The position numbers and the translations under genes were made by a program. The notes under the pieces are model-generated. The model saw nothing but the letters and a program-made list of their open reading frames with translations. It searched no databases and was not told the DNA's origin. Shown here piece by piece: positions 21,160-34,837 of a DNA stretch of 64,000 nucleotides. The DNA comes from Takakia lepidozioides (lineage: Eukaryota; Plantae; Bryophyta), in assembly GCA_030704615.1 (NCBI GenBank), contig CM060733.1, forward strand, positions 52,762,001 to 52,826,000, read 5' to 3'. Position 1 is the stretch's first letter. Each line of letters begins with the position of its first letter.

Positions 21160-24088
21160 TCAAGTTGGGATTGCGTATAGTACATGAGGATATCTTTGCA
21201 ATGCTTATGATCTTTGGTTTCGCGCATGATTGCTTCACCAAGCCTGCCGGACATGCCAAAAGCACAGGAAAATGAGCACTCCTCGAAAAAACAGCCTGCA
21301 AAGTACACATGCCCACATGAGAGACTTCAAAGAGGACTTTGCCAGTGGACTTGGGTACTAATCCAGTAGACTCTCTGGTGGACTGGTCTGCCCGTCTGTT
21401 CCATTGGACTTGCCTAACGGATTCAGCTAGCAGACTCACCCACTCTGACCTGCCATGAGTGTTGCCCTTACGAGACCGCCAGGAGACCTGACCACGCTAA
21501 CCTCGCAACGGACTTGCGTAAGTGAGTCTTGCAACGGACTTGGCCAGAGGGCATTCCGAGTGGACTGGGTTGCTAGCAGACTTCCAAACAGTCCCCTCCG
21601 GCGGACTCGTCTGCCAGCGGATTTGCTGGACCAGACTGAGCTCGCAGCAGACTGGTGCATGTGAGTCTTGCAGCGGACTGCTTGCGAATAGTCCTCTCCG
21701 GCAGACTGGCCTGCCAGCGGACTTGCCCTTAGGAGACCGACAGTAGACTTACCCAAACTTTGCTGGCAGCACACCCGAGCAGACTGACCTTGCAACATAT
21801 TTGCGCAAGTGAATCTTCCAGCGGGCTTCGCTAGAGGACATTAGTAGCAGTCTGGTTTGCCAGCAGACTTGCAGAAATGAAAGGGCCGGACTTGCAGCCA
21901 GGACTGCGTTGTATGGCAGGGGATTTGCCAAAGAGACAGACAATGGACGCACGTAGTGGACTTGCACGCGAGTGTACAGGAGGGTACGTGAAACTTACAT
22001 AATGGCATTTATTTCGGCGTCGGCATTGTCCACAATGAAGACATTGGGTCACCAATCCGACATTTCTGTGAGGAGTGAGTCCCGAAAGGCTGCCATCCAG
22101 GGCACCAGGTCTGTTATCCACTAACGCGCGCATATGATGTATGCAACTAGTATACCGTTAAGCCACTTGTCGAAGATCATCAACGTGTACAATGGGAACT
22201 GTTCAAATGAAGAATGTCAGATGCTGCCAGTGTGCGTACATCCACTAGTTCTGCAAGCGGATAAATTGTGAAAGGGATGAAGAGTACCTTGTGGTGATTT
22301 GTCCTGAAGGTTGTATTGCATGCAACGATACGGGCATGGCCTAATTGAAGCATTCGCTTCTTCTGCCACTCAGTCTGTATGCCGATTGTGAATGTTAAAT
22401 TGCCATCGTAGTGCTTGAATGTTGGCACCAATTTCTCCTCTCGATAGAAGAAGATCGATTTTGGGTTCTGGTCTTTCCACATGCGGACACTCTCCGTATC
22501 GTTGGCATGTTTTTTGAATGTTTGCCATGCACGTTTCTCGGCCAGGTTGAGCACATCCTGCTCCAACAAAAAATCGTCCCGTGTCCATGCATCCCCCAAC
22601 CCGGTGTTTCTCATGACGTGCTCTTTATGTTCCATCATAATTTGGGCGACTGACAGGCCTCGGCACAGACACACCATGATCCATGCTTTTAATTCCTCGC
22701 TAATGTGTAGTGCATAGGCGTGGCGAGTGTTCCTGAACTCAGTGGACTTCCCATGATAGGCGTTCCCTTTCGCGTCTGTATGCTCCATATTGTTGTAGTA
22801 CGTGATGACACAAATGTCGGGGGCGAGATATCATTTCTAGACCTTGAAACAACATTGGCAACCATGCTTGTAAGACTCTCCATATTCCGACTTCTTTCTC
22901 CTTGGGCCTTTATGAGGGTGAGATGTTCCAGCACCCACAAAAGGTCCTCTACGTTTCAGTTTGGGATCCTCCACTATCGCATTGTTGGTGCGCTTGTCAT
23001 CTAGACCGTAACAGCATTGATACCTGGACATAAAAAATCACAATCGATATCCATCGACTTCTGGAAGCATGAAATCACAGTACGTGGGTACGAAAAATGG
23101 CAATAGACATGCAATCAGACTACAAAAGGACGATGAGGATAGTGCACATATGATACTGTTCAGAAAACTGTTGGCTCTCGGCTCTTTTAGCATGCCGGGT
23201 TGCACTTTAGTATGGACATTCACCCAAAATTGAGTGGGGTAGTCCACCAAACTTTCCTCTCCAAGGAGAAAGTCATCAACTCTATCCCACGGTATGCATG
23301 CCTTCTGAACATTCACTCGTGCACCCATATAACCATATTGCGTGTCTCTCTTCTAATGGAGGTATTTTGTGTTGAAGTGTCTTGGTTTGGGTGTTTGCAA
23401 ACTTTGTCGAAGAGGCCGTATAATCCAGCTTCCCGTTTTTAGTATATCATCGCCTTCTGCTTCCATGTCCATGCCCTGTACAGTACAGAGGACACGCCTC
23501 AGAACTTGCGAAACGCGCCGCAGTACACTGGACACAATGGACAACGTGCAAGGAGCATCGTTGTGTACGTTCGCGCTGCTGGCAAGTGATAGGCGGCAGG
23601 GATAAGGTTTGAATTCATGCCCTAAAAATGGAGGGCTCAGATGACATTTACGAATGGACGGTCCAGATGTGGCATCATCAGTGGACTGGAGGAAAGCGGA
23701 CTCATGGGTGGCAGACTAGCGGGCAGACTGTTGGGGGGACTGGCCGGGACTGGCATGGATGGGTTTATCAGAATGGACGATCCAGATCCTTCAGCCGGCG
23801 CGGATTGGCAGACTGAGGGGCAGCAGACGGGCGCAACGGATTGTTGGGTGGACTTGCGGGGACTGGCACAACGGACTGGTCGGCAGACTGGCGGTTTGGC
23901 GGACCGAGGGGAACTGGACTCACTGACAGCGGACTGGCGGGCGGACTGGGAGTGCGGCTACTGGGGCCGCGACAGCAGCGGGCGCAGCTGGGCGACCGCG
24001 TGCAGTGGGGGGGGGGTCCCGGTGGGGGGTGCCGGGAGTCCGTGCACGGGGGGCCACCGGTCAGCTCGCGCTTGCGCCATAACGTCCC
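21160..24088 (-). mobile_element. MULE-type DNA transposon remnant with GGACTGG/GCGGACTTGC-rich repeats
   Basis: Transposase pseudogene flanked by short-repeat tracts (21330-21970, 23650-24000). Candidate terminus ...ATAACGTCCC at 24088. Confidence 0.65.
22290..23472 (-). pseudogene. MULE/SWIM-family transposase pseudogene (N-terminal half)
   Basis: IPWDRVDDFLLGEE, YQCCYG.DD, KHGCQCCF, TRDDFL, D.ESVRMW, FTIGIQTEWQ...LGH...TF.TN match the plant MULE-SWIM family. In-frame stops near 22835. Confidence 0.75.
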
Positions 24089-24354
24089 AATTATTGTAAA
24101 ATGAGAGGCGTGTAATATGGTAAGTTGTGTAGGATCAGCTGATAAGCTCCCATAGAGTGTAATGTGATAAGCCATGAAACCCCAATAAACGCTTGGTGAC
24201 GGGGCTGGCTAGGGCTGACGGATGGGCTTGTGTGAGAGAGCGAGCAGGAGCAAGGTTTTGGGGCAGAGCAGCGAGCGATCCGACCCAACAATGCTGCACA
24301 TGTGATCTGCCCAGGGTGCAGCCAAGGCGCTGTAGGCCTGCAGAGATCAGAGCA

Positions 24355-25659
24355 ATGGATTCCGTGGAGGCGGTTGATGAGAGCACGATCAAGGAGGATG
24401 CAGTGGCCGCTTCCCAACCCATATCTGATGAAGAAAATATGCGGAGGATGGCACTGGAGAAGCTGGAGGGGGCAAGCAAGGATTCGCTGCTTGGGCAGGG
24501 GTTGAAGATGCTGGATGATTCGGTGGAGAATTTGACTTCGGGAGCATGGTTTGCACTGGGGAATGTATGGAAAGGAAGCGTCAACCTGGTGCAGAAGCTG
24601 GAGCAGACGACGCTGCAGCAGGGTGGAGCTATTGCCCCTGGTCTTATACAGACTGGCAAAGACCTGACAGCAAAGGGGCTCCGAGTGCTGGAGTATGTGG
24701 GTAGGGAAACTATGGAGATTTTGGCTGCAGAAATTGGGGTTGAGCTCGAAAAGGACGAGAAAGACACGGAGGTCGCGGCAGTGGGGCGGGGAGAGAGATT
24801 CATTGAGGATGTCACGTTTGAGGATGTCACATTTGACCGCTGTTTTTATGTGTATGGTGGTCCAGAGCATCTGGAGGAGTTGGAGTCGTTGTCTAATCAC
24901 TACACGTTAATGTGCAATCGGGCAAGGGCCAAATTGTCGGGGGAGGAAAGGACTTCTTTTGAAGGACTTTTGAAGAACCTACTCCAAGTCTTGACTACAA
25001 CTGGAGAGGGTGATGAAGTTTCTCCCACTGCTGGCAAGGACAAAAAAGTGGTGGACGCGATCAATGGAATTGAAATGAAAACACTCCGTGAGTCGAGCGT
25101 TAGCAAAGCTGCCGACATGGCCGCCGGATTTACAGCGACGCTTGGAGGGTTGGCTATGACGGAGGTTGTGCAGAAAACCACCGATCGGCTGGAGGCCATC
25201 AAGGTAGAGGGGGTTCATAGAGTGTCAGAGCTGTGCGCCCTGTGCGTAGCTCATCTTCTGCTATTAGGCAAGTTGGTACTGTTAACCACATCTGGTGAAA
25301 GCGAAGAAGTAAAGGAGGGAATCGATTGGCCGGAGGACTGTTTGGGTAAGGCTCATGTGATCAAGGCTCGAGCACAGCTTATGGCAGGCGACATTGAAAT
25401 GGTGTCCAAAAGCTTCATGACAGGCATAGGGGACGTGACAGCTGCCTTCCAGGCTGCGATCAAGAGCGAGGTCTTGAATTCTAATGAGGGGGAAGAGGGT
25501 GATGTTAGGCAGGGGCTGCTGCAAGAAAGCTCTATTGAGGTCAGAGCGCAAGATGTGAGCAGCGATTTAGATAATGCTGCCAGCCTTGCTGTTGAAAAAG
25601 TGCAAGATGGCCTCCAGTTTCTTCTCTATGTTGTGCTTTCCACTTCCTTGAAGAGCTGA
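24355..25659 (+). CDS. Conserved plant protein resembling the 'BAT2 domain' family (AT2G15860-like), intronless
   Basis: GQGLKMLDDSVE, GLRVLEYVGRETM and DVTFDRCFYVYGGPEHLEELESLSNHY recognised from memory. First ATG at 24355; the frame is open from 24193. Confidence 0.8.
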   Translation: MDSVEAVDESTIKEDAVAASQPISDEENMRRMALEKLEGASKDSLLGQGLKMLDDSVENLTSGAWFALGNVWKGSVNLVQKLEQTTLQQGGAIAPGLIQTGKDLTAKGLRVLEYVGRETMEILAAEIGVELEKDEKDTEVAAVGRGERFIEDVTFEDVTFDRCFYVYGGPEHLEELESLSNHYTLMCNRARAKLSGEERTSFEGLLKNLLQVLTTTGEGDEVSPTAGKDKKVVDAINGIEMKTLRESSVSKAADMAAGFTATLGGLAMTEVVQKTTDRLEAIKVEGVHRVSELCALCVAHLLLLGKLVLLTTSGESEEVKEGIDWPEDCLGKAHVIKARAQLMAGDIEMVSKSFMTGIGDVTAAFQAAIKSEVLNSNEGEEGDVRQGLLQESSIEVRAQDVSSDLDNAASLAVEKVQDGLQFLLYVVLSTSLKS

Positions 25660-28616
25660 AGGCCATGAAACCCTACAACTTCATATACAGATGTCTTGAA
25701 AATGAAGTTTGTGGGCCAGTTTGCTAAAACGTCGTCTGCAGAATGAAGAATGTAAAAAGATTCATAGAAACACAAAAAAACTTGATCTGTCACTCTCTTA
25801 TAGGGACCTTTCCCCACTTATTCCTTGCCCCACTTCTCCGATACCATGATGATCTCAATCTGCATCAGTACTTTTTAATTCTTTCTCCATATTACCCTTG
25901 ATCACTGATAAGCTGTGACTAACTTTTGCAAAGGTAGAAAGGAGAGGATTATGTACAGAGTAGGTTGTGGAAGGTAGGGGTTCAGTCCAAAGACAGACAA
26001 AGCTTATGGGTGACATGGATTTAAGTCTTCTAGGCAGTTGTTGATTTTTTCTTCTCTTCCATTGCTATGTGATCTGCTTAGTGCAATCACATTCCTGTCT
26101 ATAAGGCCTTTTTGTAATCTCAAGATAATTCAATCTCTTTGTAGATTTGAACCTTCACAAGATCTTGCTGGACTCTGTTTTGAATCCGGTTCAATTCCAT
26201 CTTCTGATTTCCAGAACAGTTTCTGTTTCCAATTCTATCCAGCGAAAATCTAGATCTGCTGCCAGAGACAACCAGGAAATTGAGAAGTAGCTCTAGATCT
26301 CACATGCAGTTCTCTTATTGCATGATTCCTTGGTTATGTGGGCTCATGCCCCTGTAGTGGTGCCTCTCAAGTGAGCTGACTTTGTGCCTGCTATTGTTGG
26401 CAACAATAAAATGCAATTTGCTTGTTTGTCATATTGAATTCCTGTCTTATGAGTAACTGTTGTGCTCTTTGAAGTTGTTCTCTAATCTTGAGGGGTTATA
26501 GTGCATTGTAATGCACTGTAAGAGATACCTGTAGATCAAAATCTAGGTCTTGTTAGCCTGCTTGTGGCTTTATATTCCTGGAGAAGGTTTTGAAGTTAGT
26601 AAGAACCGGTCATTAGAAGGTACAGAAAAAGTAGCTGCCATGAAAGGTACTCTCTTCATGACTCAAAAATCAGCCATGCTATTTGTGCTTGTAATCACAA
26701 GTGTGACTAATGTTCCAAGAGCTTCTACATTACTGGTGATGTTTCTCTATATGCAGTGGTGCAAGACATGAAGCTTGTTGAAAGGGCTAGGCGTTGTTTG
26801 ATTGTTATAGGCTTCATGGTATCTCCAGCATTCCACTTCCGCAAGAGGGCACCAGTGCATTGGGCATACAACTCTTCTAAGATCTGAGGGCCCTGGATTC
26901 ACCAGAGTTGTACACTTCCAGCCTTTGAACGGATCAAAAGATTCAATCCAGAGTACAGCTATAGAAGACCACATGCCATATTGTGGCTGATCCAGACTTC
27001 AGTCCAAGCTTTGAGATGCTCCATGAGATGGATTCTTTGGGAGAGGAAAGACGGACACTTCCTGTGTCCATTTTGTCCATCCTCTGAAGAAAACATGTTG
27101 AGACATTGTCATTGAAGACATTGGATAACCTAGAGTCTACATCAATGAGACAATGCCCAGCTGTCTCAACAAGCTTCGAATGTTGCTCCGCTGCATACAG
27201 AGAAGCTCTGATGTTATACCAATGATATGCAACAGCTTCATTGATGTGCTTCACCTCTAAATGACCACGCCTTCTGTAAATGATGATTCTGGAGTTCTTC
27301 TGAGAAAGATACTTCACAACCACCATCTAGTTGAGGTGTGCCCAGAGTCCATAGCCACTTGCCTCCTTTAGTGAATGAAGGAAGGAATTCACCATTGCTT
27401 TCAGAATACCTATTTAGTAGCACTACTCCAGTAGTAAGCGATCAGACAAAGCAACAGTGAACATTTGTTTCTACCTAGTGTTTATGCCAAGAGAGATTTC
27501 TTTGGAAAACAGGCAATGGAAAGTCAGCTCCCTTGCATATTCAAGAGTATTTTTGGAAAGCAATTTTGTAGTGGAGGTGTTGGGTTCAGTGAGAAGGTGC
27601 TCATGTGGGTATGTAAGTTCTTGTTTGTCACAGAACCCATCAAAGACAAGACATTGCAGTGGATACTGTTATGAACCGTTTCTCGTGTCCGCCATGATTT
27701 CTCCAGCAGGCTGGTCCCTGCAACTAAACGCTCTCACAACCCACGTGTTTCAGGCAGGCGTGAAGATTCCAGTTGCTGGTCCTCTTGCACTGATCCACTC
27801 AATACTCCTGGCCTACACATTCTTCCATACAAAGTATGGTAACCGCGCAAAGAGGAGAATTTGTGTAAGAGTGGCAAAAGGCCTCACAATACACATGAAG
27901 AGCCTTCTTCTCCATGTCTTTGGAGGGTGCCTCCTCTCTTTGTATTTTAGCTCCATCTGACGATTGCAGTGCATGATCTCCTATGTGCTACACCCAATCT
28001 AGTTCGAAATTGACCACAAAAGATCAAATTGGAGCTTGGGATAATCCAGGGAGAGGGCAATGGGTAACTTTCTCTAAAGTTCAATTGGAACTTGTTGGAT
28101 GTATCTTGGGATAAATTCTCTCCAATTTTCATGAAAGGGGCTCATCCTCCCATGTGGTGACTGTTTTGAGAGCTTTACTTTTTTGGAACACTTGCAATCA
28201 TGTGGTGGAGGGACAGTGTCAAAGAAGGTCAAAAGTACACTCAAAACATTTAATATGAATGAAAACTCATGCAAGTCGTCTCTCTTGAAGCACTAATTTA
28301 TTGCACTGCATCGCTAGAGAAAAATAGATCCTTGGGAAAAGCTTGGCATGGCAGACCTGGCTCTCGTAAGACAATGCTAGCATGCTATGTGAGTGCATGT
28401 TATTAGGAAATGATATCTTGGTGTGGGGCAGTGAGATTTTTATGCTCATGCTCTTTCCAAAAGCTCCCTAGTTGAGGTTTACAGTGTTAAATTGCAGATT
28501 CACAATCTAAAATACCCCTTTGAAGGATTTGTAAACGTGACCTTGTACAACTCTGGAGCCAACTGGCGAAGACCCCTACCATGTCCCACCTGTGTCAGAC
28601 AATCTCCAGCGCTCAT

Positions 28617-31600
28617 TCAAAGGTTTGCCCCTGGGAAGAGAAATGTCTGAGTATACTGTTTGCTCCACTGCATTAGCCAGCAGCACGTCTTCAAGTCAGA
28701 TAGGTGATTACGATCAATGTAGAAGTCAACTTCAAGCGACCAATCTCAAAACAATTGTTGACCCTAAAGCTAAAATGAGGACTGGCATGTGTTGACTTAA
28801 CTTTACTGGTGCAAATGCATCAAATGCATGAGTGGTTAACTCGGTACCAATGGCAAATCTTACAACTTTGCAAAGAAAATCAAGACCCAGGGAAGCAGCA
28901 GACACAAAGAGCTAATGCAATTGTGTACCTCGCTGCCAAAGTACGTATTGAAAAGTTTGATGGCAGGATCCCTCTCTGCATTGTATTGATCATATGCATT
29001 TTGACGTTCTTCCACGAAAGCCATCTTGGCAGGGTCAGCAGTCGGTTGGGCAGCATGCAATGCCTTCAAATAGATGTCCACATATGTCACGTACACCTCC
29101 CACAGAGACCCGTTTGGCACCTGCAGAAGCTCTCACGCATGACATTATTTACAGGCTACAAGAGCACTGCTGGTATAAACATCTGGCTTTCTAGTATGAT
29201 GTCAAGCCCATGTATCACTCCCTGCAACTGGATTGCTGTCAGAAAGTTCTATACATGTTTGGGCCAGCTCAATGCATACTTAGTGGCTGTACTCCCCACG
29301 ACTGGCTCTGGGAGGCTAGGTGTGCTCTGGAATTATGTGCTCAATGAACGATGTTACAACAGGCACAGGAAGTCAGCGAGTACATTTCTCTAGCACATAG
29401 CCTTTACCTATACACAATGAAGTAAGAGTGGCGTCATAAAGATTGTATTCTGAAACTGTTTGTCCAACCCAAACTTCCAAGTCGTTTGTGTATTTGGTGG
29501 AAAGGGGAAGCACCTTATTAAAATGCGAAAATGCACAACCTTGACCACAACCTTGGCACACATAGGGACACCCAACTGGCTCAAGAGCCAGAGGGGTGAG
29601 CGACCAAAGAGTCACCCTGGACCTAGGCTAACCAGGAAGTCTGGCCCCCAAGAAGAAAGAAAAGAGCCGATTGGAGAGGCAGAAGTCAACAGTTACTTTA
29701 CACTGGCTTGTAAATAAACCAAAAACTCCGACAAGAATAGCAAGCAAATAATGAAGTGAAACCGAGGAGACACCTGGCACATATGTTTGTCATATGTCAA
29801 GAGAGCTTTGTGGATGGCAACATTCTTGTCTACTCATGAAACTACAACCAAGATAAAAAAGTTGGGAGGCTGTGCCCGAGAGAATCTTCTAGCCCCAGAC
29901 ATTTCCTTAGGCAATAGTCTAGGAGACGGCTCAAGAAACCTTTAGGTTCTTCTTGCTTGGGACAAGATGATCTCCCATGTGGTTGCCCAGTTTGCTTCAG
30001 TCAGAGCCAGCCTCTCTCTCTCTCCCTACAAGAGGCTACGTCAAGAACATTGTTCCCGCATCTCTGTTCACAAACTTAGAAATTCTTGAGGCTGCGCCTA
30101 AAGCCCTGGCCCTGTTGGATTCTAATTGCTGGGCAGCTCACACAGCAGGTTGATACTTGTGTGAAGGGCTTTCTAGAGGATATCAGTTCCATCTTGTTCC
30201 GCCCAAACTGGGCGCGGGGTCTCTGGCCACAACAACATCTTATGAGTACAGACACACACACACACTCTCTCTCTCTTTCTCTCAATTGTCTGTTCCAAGG
30301 TAAGTCATACTGTCGGTGTCAGCCCCTGACAAAGGTAGTTTCTGTCCCTTTGTGATCCCTTCAAACTGAGAGCAGGGTCAATGGCCACAAGGCTATGGCA
30401 CACAATGTCTCATGAGCACATTCTCTCTCTCTCTCTCTCTCTTCTCTCATGGGTCTATGGCCACAAGGTTACTGCAAACAATGTCTTAAGAGTACATTCC
30501 ATGTCCCATGGGTCCTTTAAGCCTCTGGCAGACTCACAACTTTCCCTTCCTTCTTTCTCCTCCACTGGCCAGGTTGGGCATCGAATACTTGCCTGCAGGG
30601 CAGGATCCTTGGCAACCTGATCCGATCGGTGGAATATCAAATGCTTCGAAAAGAATTGATTCTCATCGAAATAGCGGGACGACATCTTCCCACAAAGCTG
30701 TTCAAAGCGGGCGTGCACTGGGGCCAGCTCATGTGTGTGTCTCTCCAGGTACTCTGAATCTTGGGATAGGGGTTGGAAATCAACTACCCACAAAATTTTG
30801 TTACTCCCAAAGGACAGCAAGTCAATTCCTAGTAGAGGCAGATCAAACCTGCAGAGATCATTGATTCTCACTTATTAGATCTATCCGCAGTTGGGTAGAT
30901 TGTAGAGTTGACAGAGAGAGAGCACCTGTCTTACTCTGGAAGATATGAATATGCCAAAGCCAGATAATGGAATCCACCCGCCAGGTGCACGTTGTTACAA
31001 AAGCACACACATATAAGCGGTAAGGAAGAAAGATACAAAGCATGGAACAGGGAAACCTGTAGTCAGGATAGAGCAGGCTGTTGAAGGCTTGGCCAGCGGC
31101 ACCACCATCAAAGTAAGTCAGTCGTATTCGCCGCAGCTTGGTACTTCGCAAGAGCCAGTTGTGGATACGTGCTTTTCTGGCTTTCTGCACTCTGATATCA
31201 GGGGCCAGGAGGACACTTTGCAGACCTGGCACACGTTGTTTGAGAGTGGCCCACAGGTGATCCATGTAGGGTCCATATAGTAGCTGCACACCTGTGCCTT
31301 CGATTGAACCACCCATCTCTGTTCCTGGAAGACACTGCAAGGCAAATCAGCAATCATGTTGCTGCCTTAGCCACAGGTGTTGCACCCTGGGGCCTGGCTT
31401 TGCAAAATTGCTTCTGTAGGCTTCCAGACTATGCAGGGATCTCCTAGCACCCATGGTTGATGGTTTGTGTAGGTAAGAGTTGGTCAATGAACTAGACAAA
31501 ACAAGAGAGCTGCACATTGAAAAATATTTGGTGCCATTTGAAATATTTGCACAAAGAAATTCTAACTCTCACGTGGGCTCTAAAAGAGTAGGTTTGATTT

Positions 31601-32423
31601 ACATTTGAAACACATACAGTGCATTCACTGTGTCAATATTGTAACCTCTGACCTTGCAGAATTATACTGGACAGACATGTAACCCACCAACAGTCTACTG
31701 TTCATGTGAAATTCACAGAATAAATTCAACAACCGAAAAGAGGAAGGACATACTTCACGGGAGGAGGGAGCCATGCACTTGCTGTGAGTGGAGTTGGAGT
31801 TTTTCTTTGAAAATAAGTACAACTCTTTGAGAAGGAAAATTGGCCGATGCTCTACAGGTCAATTTTCTATCTACTATCGAAATCTGGAAAGAGTCCTTCT
31901 GGGTGCTCACGGGCCACTTTGCATCCCGCAAGAGTATTATTGCGAAATAGATTGTTCAAGAAGAAAGGAGGGAGGGGAGGGGATCTGTTCCCTGCCTTCT
32001 TATATGAAGGCAACTGTCTGACTGGGCTTCCATATCAAAAGGTCTGCAATTAAGACGGGCACGGAGACTTGCTCTCTCGTTACATTCGGGTTCGATTGCA
32101 CTTTGTAAGTCTGAACACATGGAGGGGTAGGATTGCGGAACGTAGGCAAATTTCAGCTCATTTTGAAGTCTACAGTTATAGTTACATTGAAAGAAACGCA
32201 CCAACTCTGGGTCGAGAAGTCCATCATCGTGGATTGACGGTTCGCTCCCTGCAGAGCCAAAGGGCTCAAATGCAGCCAGATTCGCCCTTGATTTCAACGA
32301 AGGAAAAGCACGACAAGAGAGAAACAAGCTCACTGGAATTCGCCTTCCTTGCCGCAATGCATTAATCCCATAGGTCGATGGAGGAGCAGAGGGAGCGCAG
32401 ACTCCGGACGCCAATGCCGCCAT
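28617..32423 (-). CDS. PUBS: Ferredoxin-dependent bilin reductase of the PebA lineage (phycourobilin synthase-like), 5 exons, 332 aa, with transit-peptide-like N-terminus
   Basis: Exons 32423-32202, 31334-31057, 30848-30593, 29120-28929, 28667-28617 join in frame (999 nt). Motifs LRRIRLTYFDGG..QAFNSLLYP, DLPLLGIDLL, DFQPL, QFFSK, YDQYNAERDPA..LF..YFG.EW.....FLF. Confidence 0.8.
29921..30283. repeat. ~360-bp dispersed repeat, copy 1 (in intron 3 of the PUBS-like gene)
   Basis: Near-identical to 35460-35817 in the same orientation. Confidence 0.9.
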
Positions 32424-33229
32424 AGTCACATTACTTCCTTCTACCTGCTTCCGTGCTTCCTACTTCCTTTCTTCGACTTTCAGCCTTAGCTTCTTTCTTG
32501 TTACAACGAACAATCTGCCTCTTGATCAACTTCAGATTCTGTTTTGCTTCTTCTCCAGTAACACGGGAATTGTGAGAAGACTTCGACAAATGGGTTCTGC
32601 ATTGAAAATACGGAGGCCCTACCACAGTGAAAGCGTGACTTTATTCGTCAAACATCGGCATGCAGAGCTGTTCAAGACACAGAGGTCGTGGTTGCGTGTT
32701 GGGGCCACCGTACTTTGAGAAAATGCCTTTCACATGACAGGTTGACAGATTTTTGACCTTTCACACAATTTTGTCATATGAAATTGAAACGAAAAATGAA
32801 AAGAAGTGTGAATTTAAAAAATAAAATAAAATAAAATAAAATGTGAACTTCTTACAACTACAATTAGTGAAGCTCCAGTCCATGAATACATATGATATTG
32901 TCTTTACTATTTTCATGGGTTCCCAACCCAAACATGTAGCATTTGTACCACTTATTCTCTAACTATAAGACTTTAGCATTTTTAACCTCTTCATACGTAG
33001 TCCCAAGCCTCTCTTCTTTGAGAGAGATTCTCTTGGCTTATCAATGAGCTAGGAATACAATATGCAAGTTGATTGTAAGTTAAGATTTTGAGTCATGCAG
33101 GATGGCTGTGTCGAATTAGGTGCAGTGGTTTGAATATGGCACCTCCTCCACAACAAATGCTTTTGAAACGGGATCAGGAGAGGGACTCAAGAAGAATTTT
33201 GGGACTCAAGAAGAATTTTTCTGGCACTG

Positions 33230-33430
33230 CCGTGGCTGTGGGTACACTGTGCAAGGGAGAACAAGTCAAACATGCACTACACGATTTGAACTAGCAATTC
33301 ATTTTGGCCGACATACTCCAGTACTTAATTGTGCATTTTACAAGGGTGTATCAAGAGTAAAGACCTAGAAACAAGAAAGCAAGTGCATGCCCACATTATC
33401 CAAAATGGATATTTCCAAATATCTATCTAC
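33230..33430 (+). pseudogene. PPR gene fragment
   Basis: TLCKGEQVKHALH and ILQGCIKSKDLETRKQVHAHIIQNG resemble the N-terminus of the PPR at 46519-48768 (TILCKEMQLKQALH...ECIKMKDLAAGKQLHAHFLQSG). Contains a stop and a frameshift. Confidence 0.65.
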
Positions 33431-34515
33431 TCAACACCCGGTCTCAAGAAAAACAAAAACAAAACTAAGAATGGAGGCTGGAGCACGCACAGGAAACAAA
33501 GAGGGAGAGCCTAAGTAAGCTTAGAGGTTTAAGGCTTGAAACACAAAGAAGGGCAGCTGGCACTCAACGCCAGATTTCGACCTCAAAAAAAAATAAAATT
33601 CTGTCGAAAGTCCCATGTTTTTCATGGATGAAATTGCCAAATTTCTCCAAATAAAAATAAATTATGGATGCATTTGCCAAATATGGATGATATATATGGA
33701 TTATGGTACAGAAGTGGATGATTTCAGTGGATGAACAGAATGTACTGCTATTTTCTGCATAACTCTGTAGCCACTCGTGCTGTTTTCCAAATTTCCTAAG
33801 AAAAACACTGCTGGCAGTGCTCGGTGAGGCTCCCCTAGATGGACTTACTAGTAAGATTAACAAAAACTACTAACAATTTGTACCTTTTTTAGCCTCTCCT
33901 AGCCTCTAGGTGGACTTACTAATAAAATTGCTAATAACTATCAGTAATCTCTGTAGACCCTTTTTTGGCCTGTCAAATGCCTTGTGACAGGTGCAAAAAT
34001 CAGCCATGCCCCTCACACTTGAAAAAATCAGGGCATTTATGGTTTTCCTGTGGCATTTATTGGAGCAGGTACATGACAAGGGCGCCTAAATTTTTCATTC
34101 ATAATGCATGTTCATCCAACTTCATCCAATCAGTTACGACGTTAATTTTTAAAACCACATGACCCCTATTCAGGTCACGCGGTGGTTTAAGGGTTAAGAA
34201 GCCTTGATTACATGTATTGCTGCAAAAAAAATAATAAACAAACGGCTAGTGGCATATGGCTCCCCTTTGTGAATAGCGAAATCTACTTTTATCCATAATG
34301 AACTTGAAATTTCATCCATTTATTCTTCATAAATTGTTCCACAAGAGAGATGTTACCTGGGGGGGGTGTTACCTGGAGGCACTCCATGAAATATTTTCAA
34401 CAAAGGAGAGGAGGTGACAGCTAGGGAAGGCACAACAGGGGCGGCCTTAGTGATTTTTGACAGTGATGCGTAGTCTTCTCTTTAGAATAAAGAGAAGCCA
34501 ATAAATAGAATGCTT

Positions 34516-34837
34516 GTATTGCTGCAACCACATGAGTCCATCGTGCAATATAACAATACGAATAAGCAGAATGGTGTTGGAAGCATTTGAAACCAAATAA
34601 ACATAGATTCACGGAACAGAAAAACGAAGCATAAGCCCCGCATTCTAGGGCTGGAGATGACCAAAACTTTGATCACATGAACTGCGTGTAAGTATTGCTG
34701 CAACTACATGAGTCCATTGTGCAATATGACAATACGAATAAGCAGAATGGTGCTGGAAGCATTTGAAACCAAATAAACTTAAGACTCATGGAATAGAAAA
34801 TTGAAGCACAAGCCGAGCATTCTAGGGCTGGAGATGA
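34516..34837. repeat. Tandem duplication, two copies with ~176-bp spacing
   Basis: GTATTGCTGCAAC...CATTCTAGGGCTGGAGATGA at 34516-34660 and 34692-34837. Confidence 0.85.

Noticed and set aside
20470-21439. ORFs spanning the N run
   Set aside because: Artefacts of the assembly gap.
26700-28000. Possible decayed coding sequence on the minus strand
   Set aside because: Stretches look protein-like but are interrupted by stops, and I cannot recognise a family.
32980-34197. piggyBac-like end (AAGGG-TTAA at ~34190)
   Set aside because: No convincing matching left TIR and no transposase sequence.
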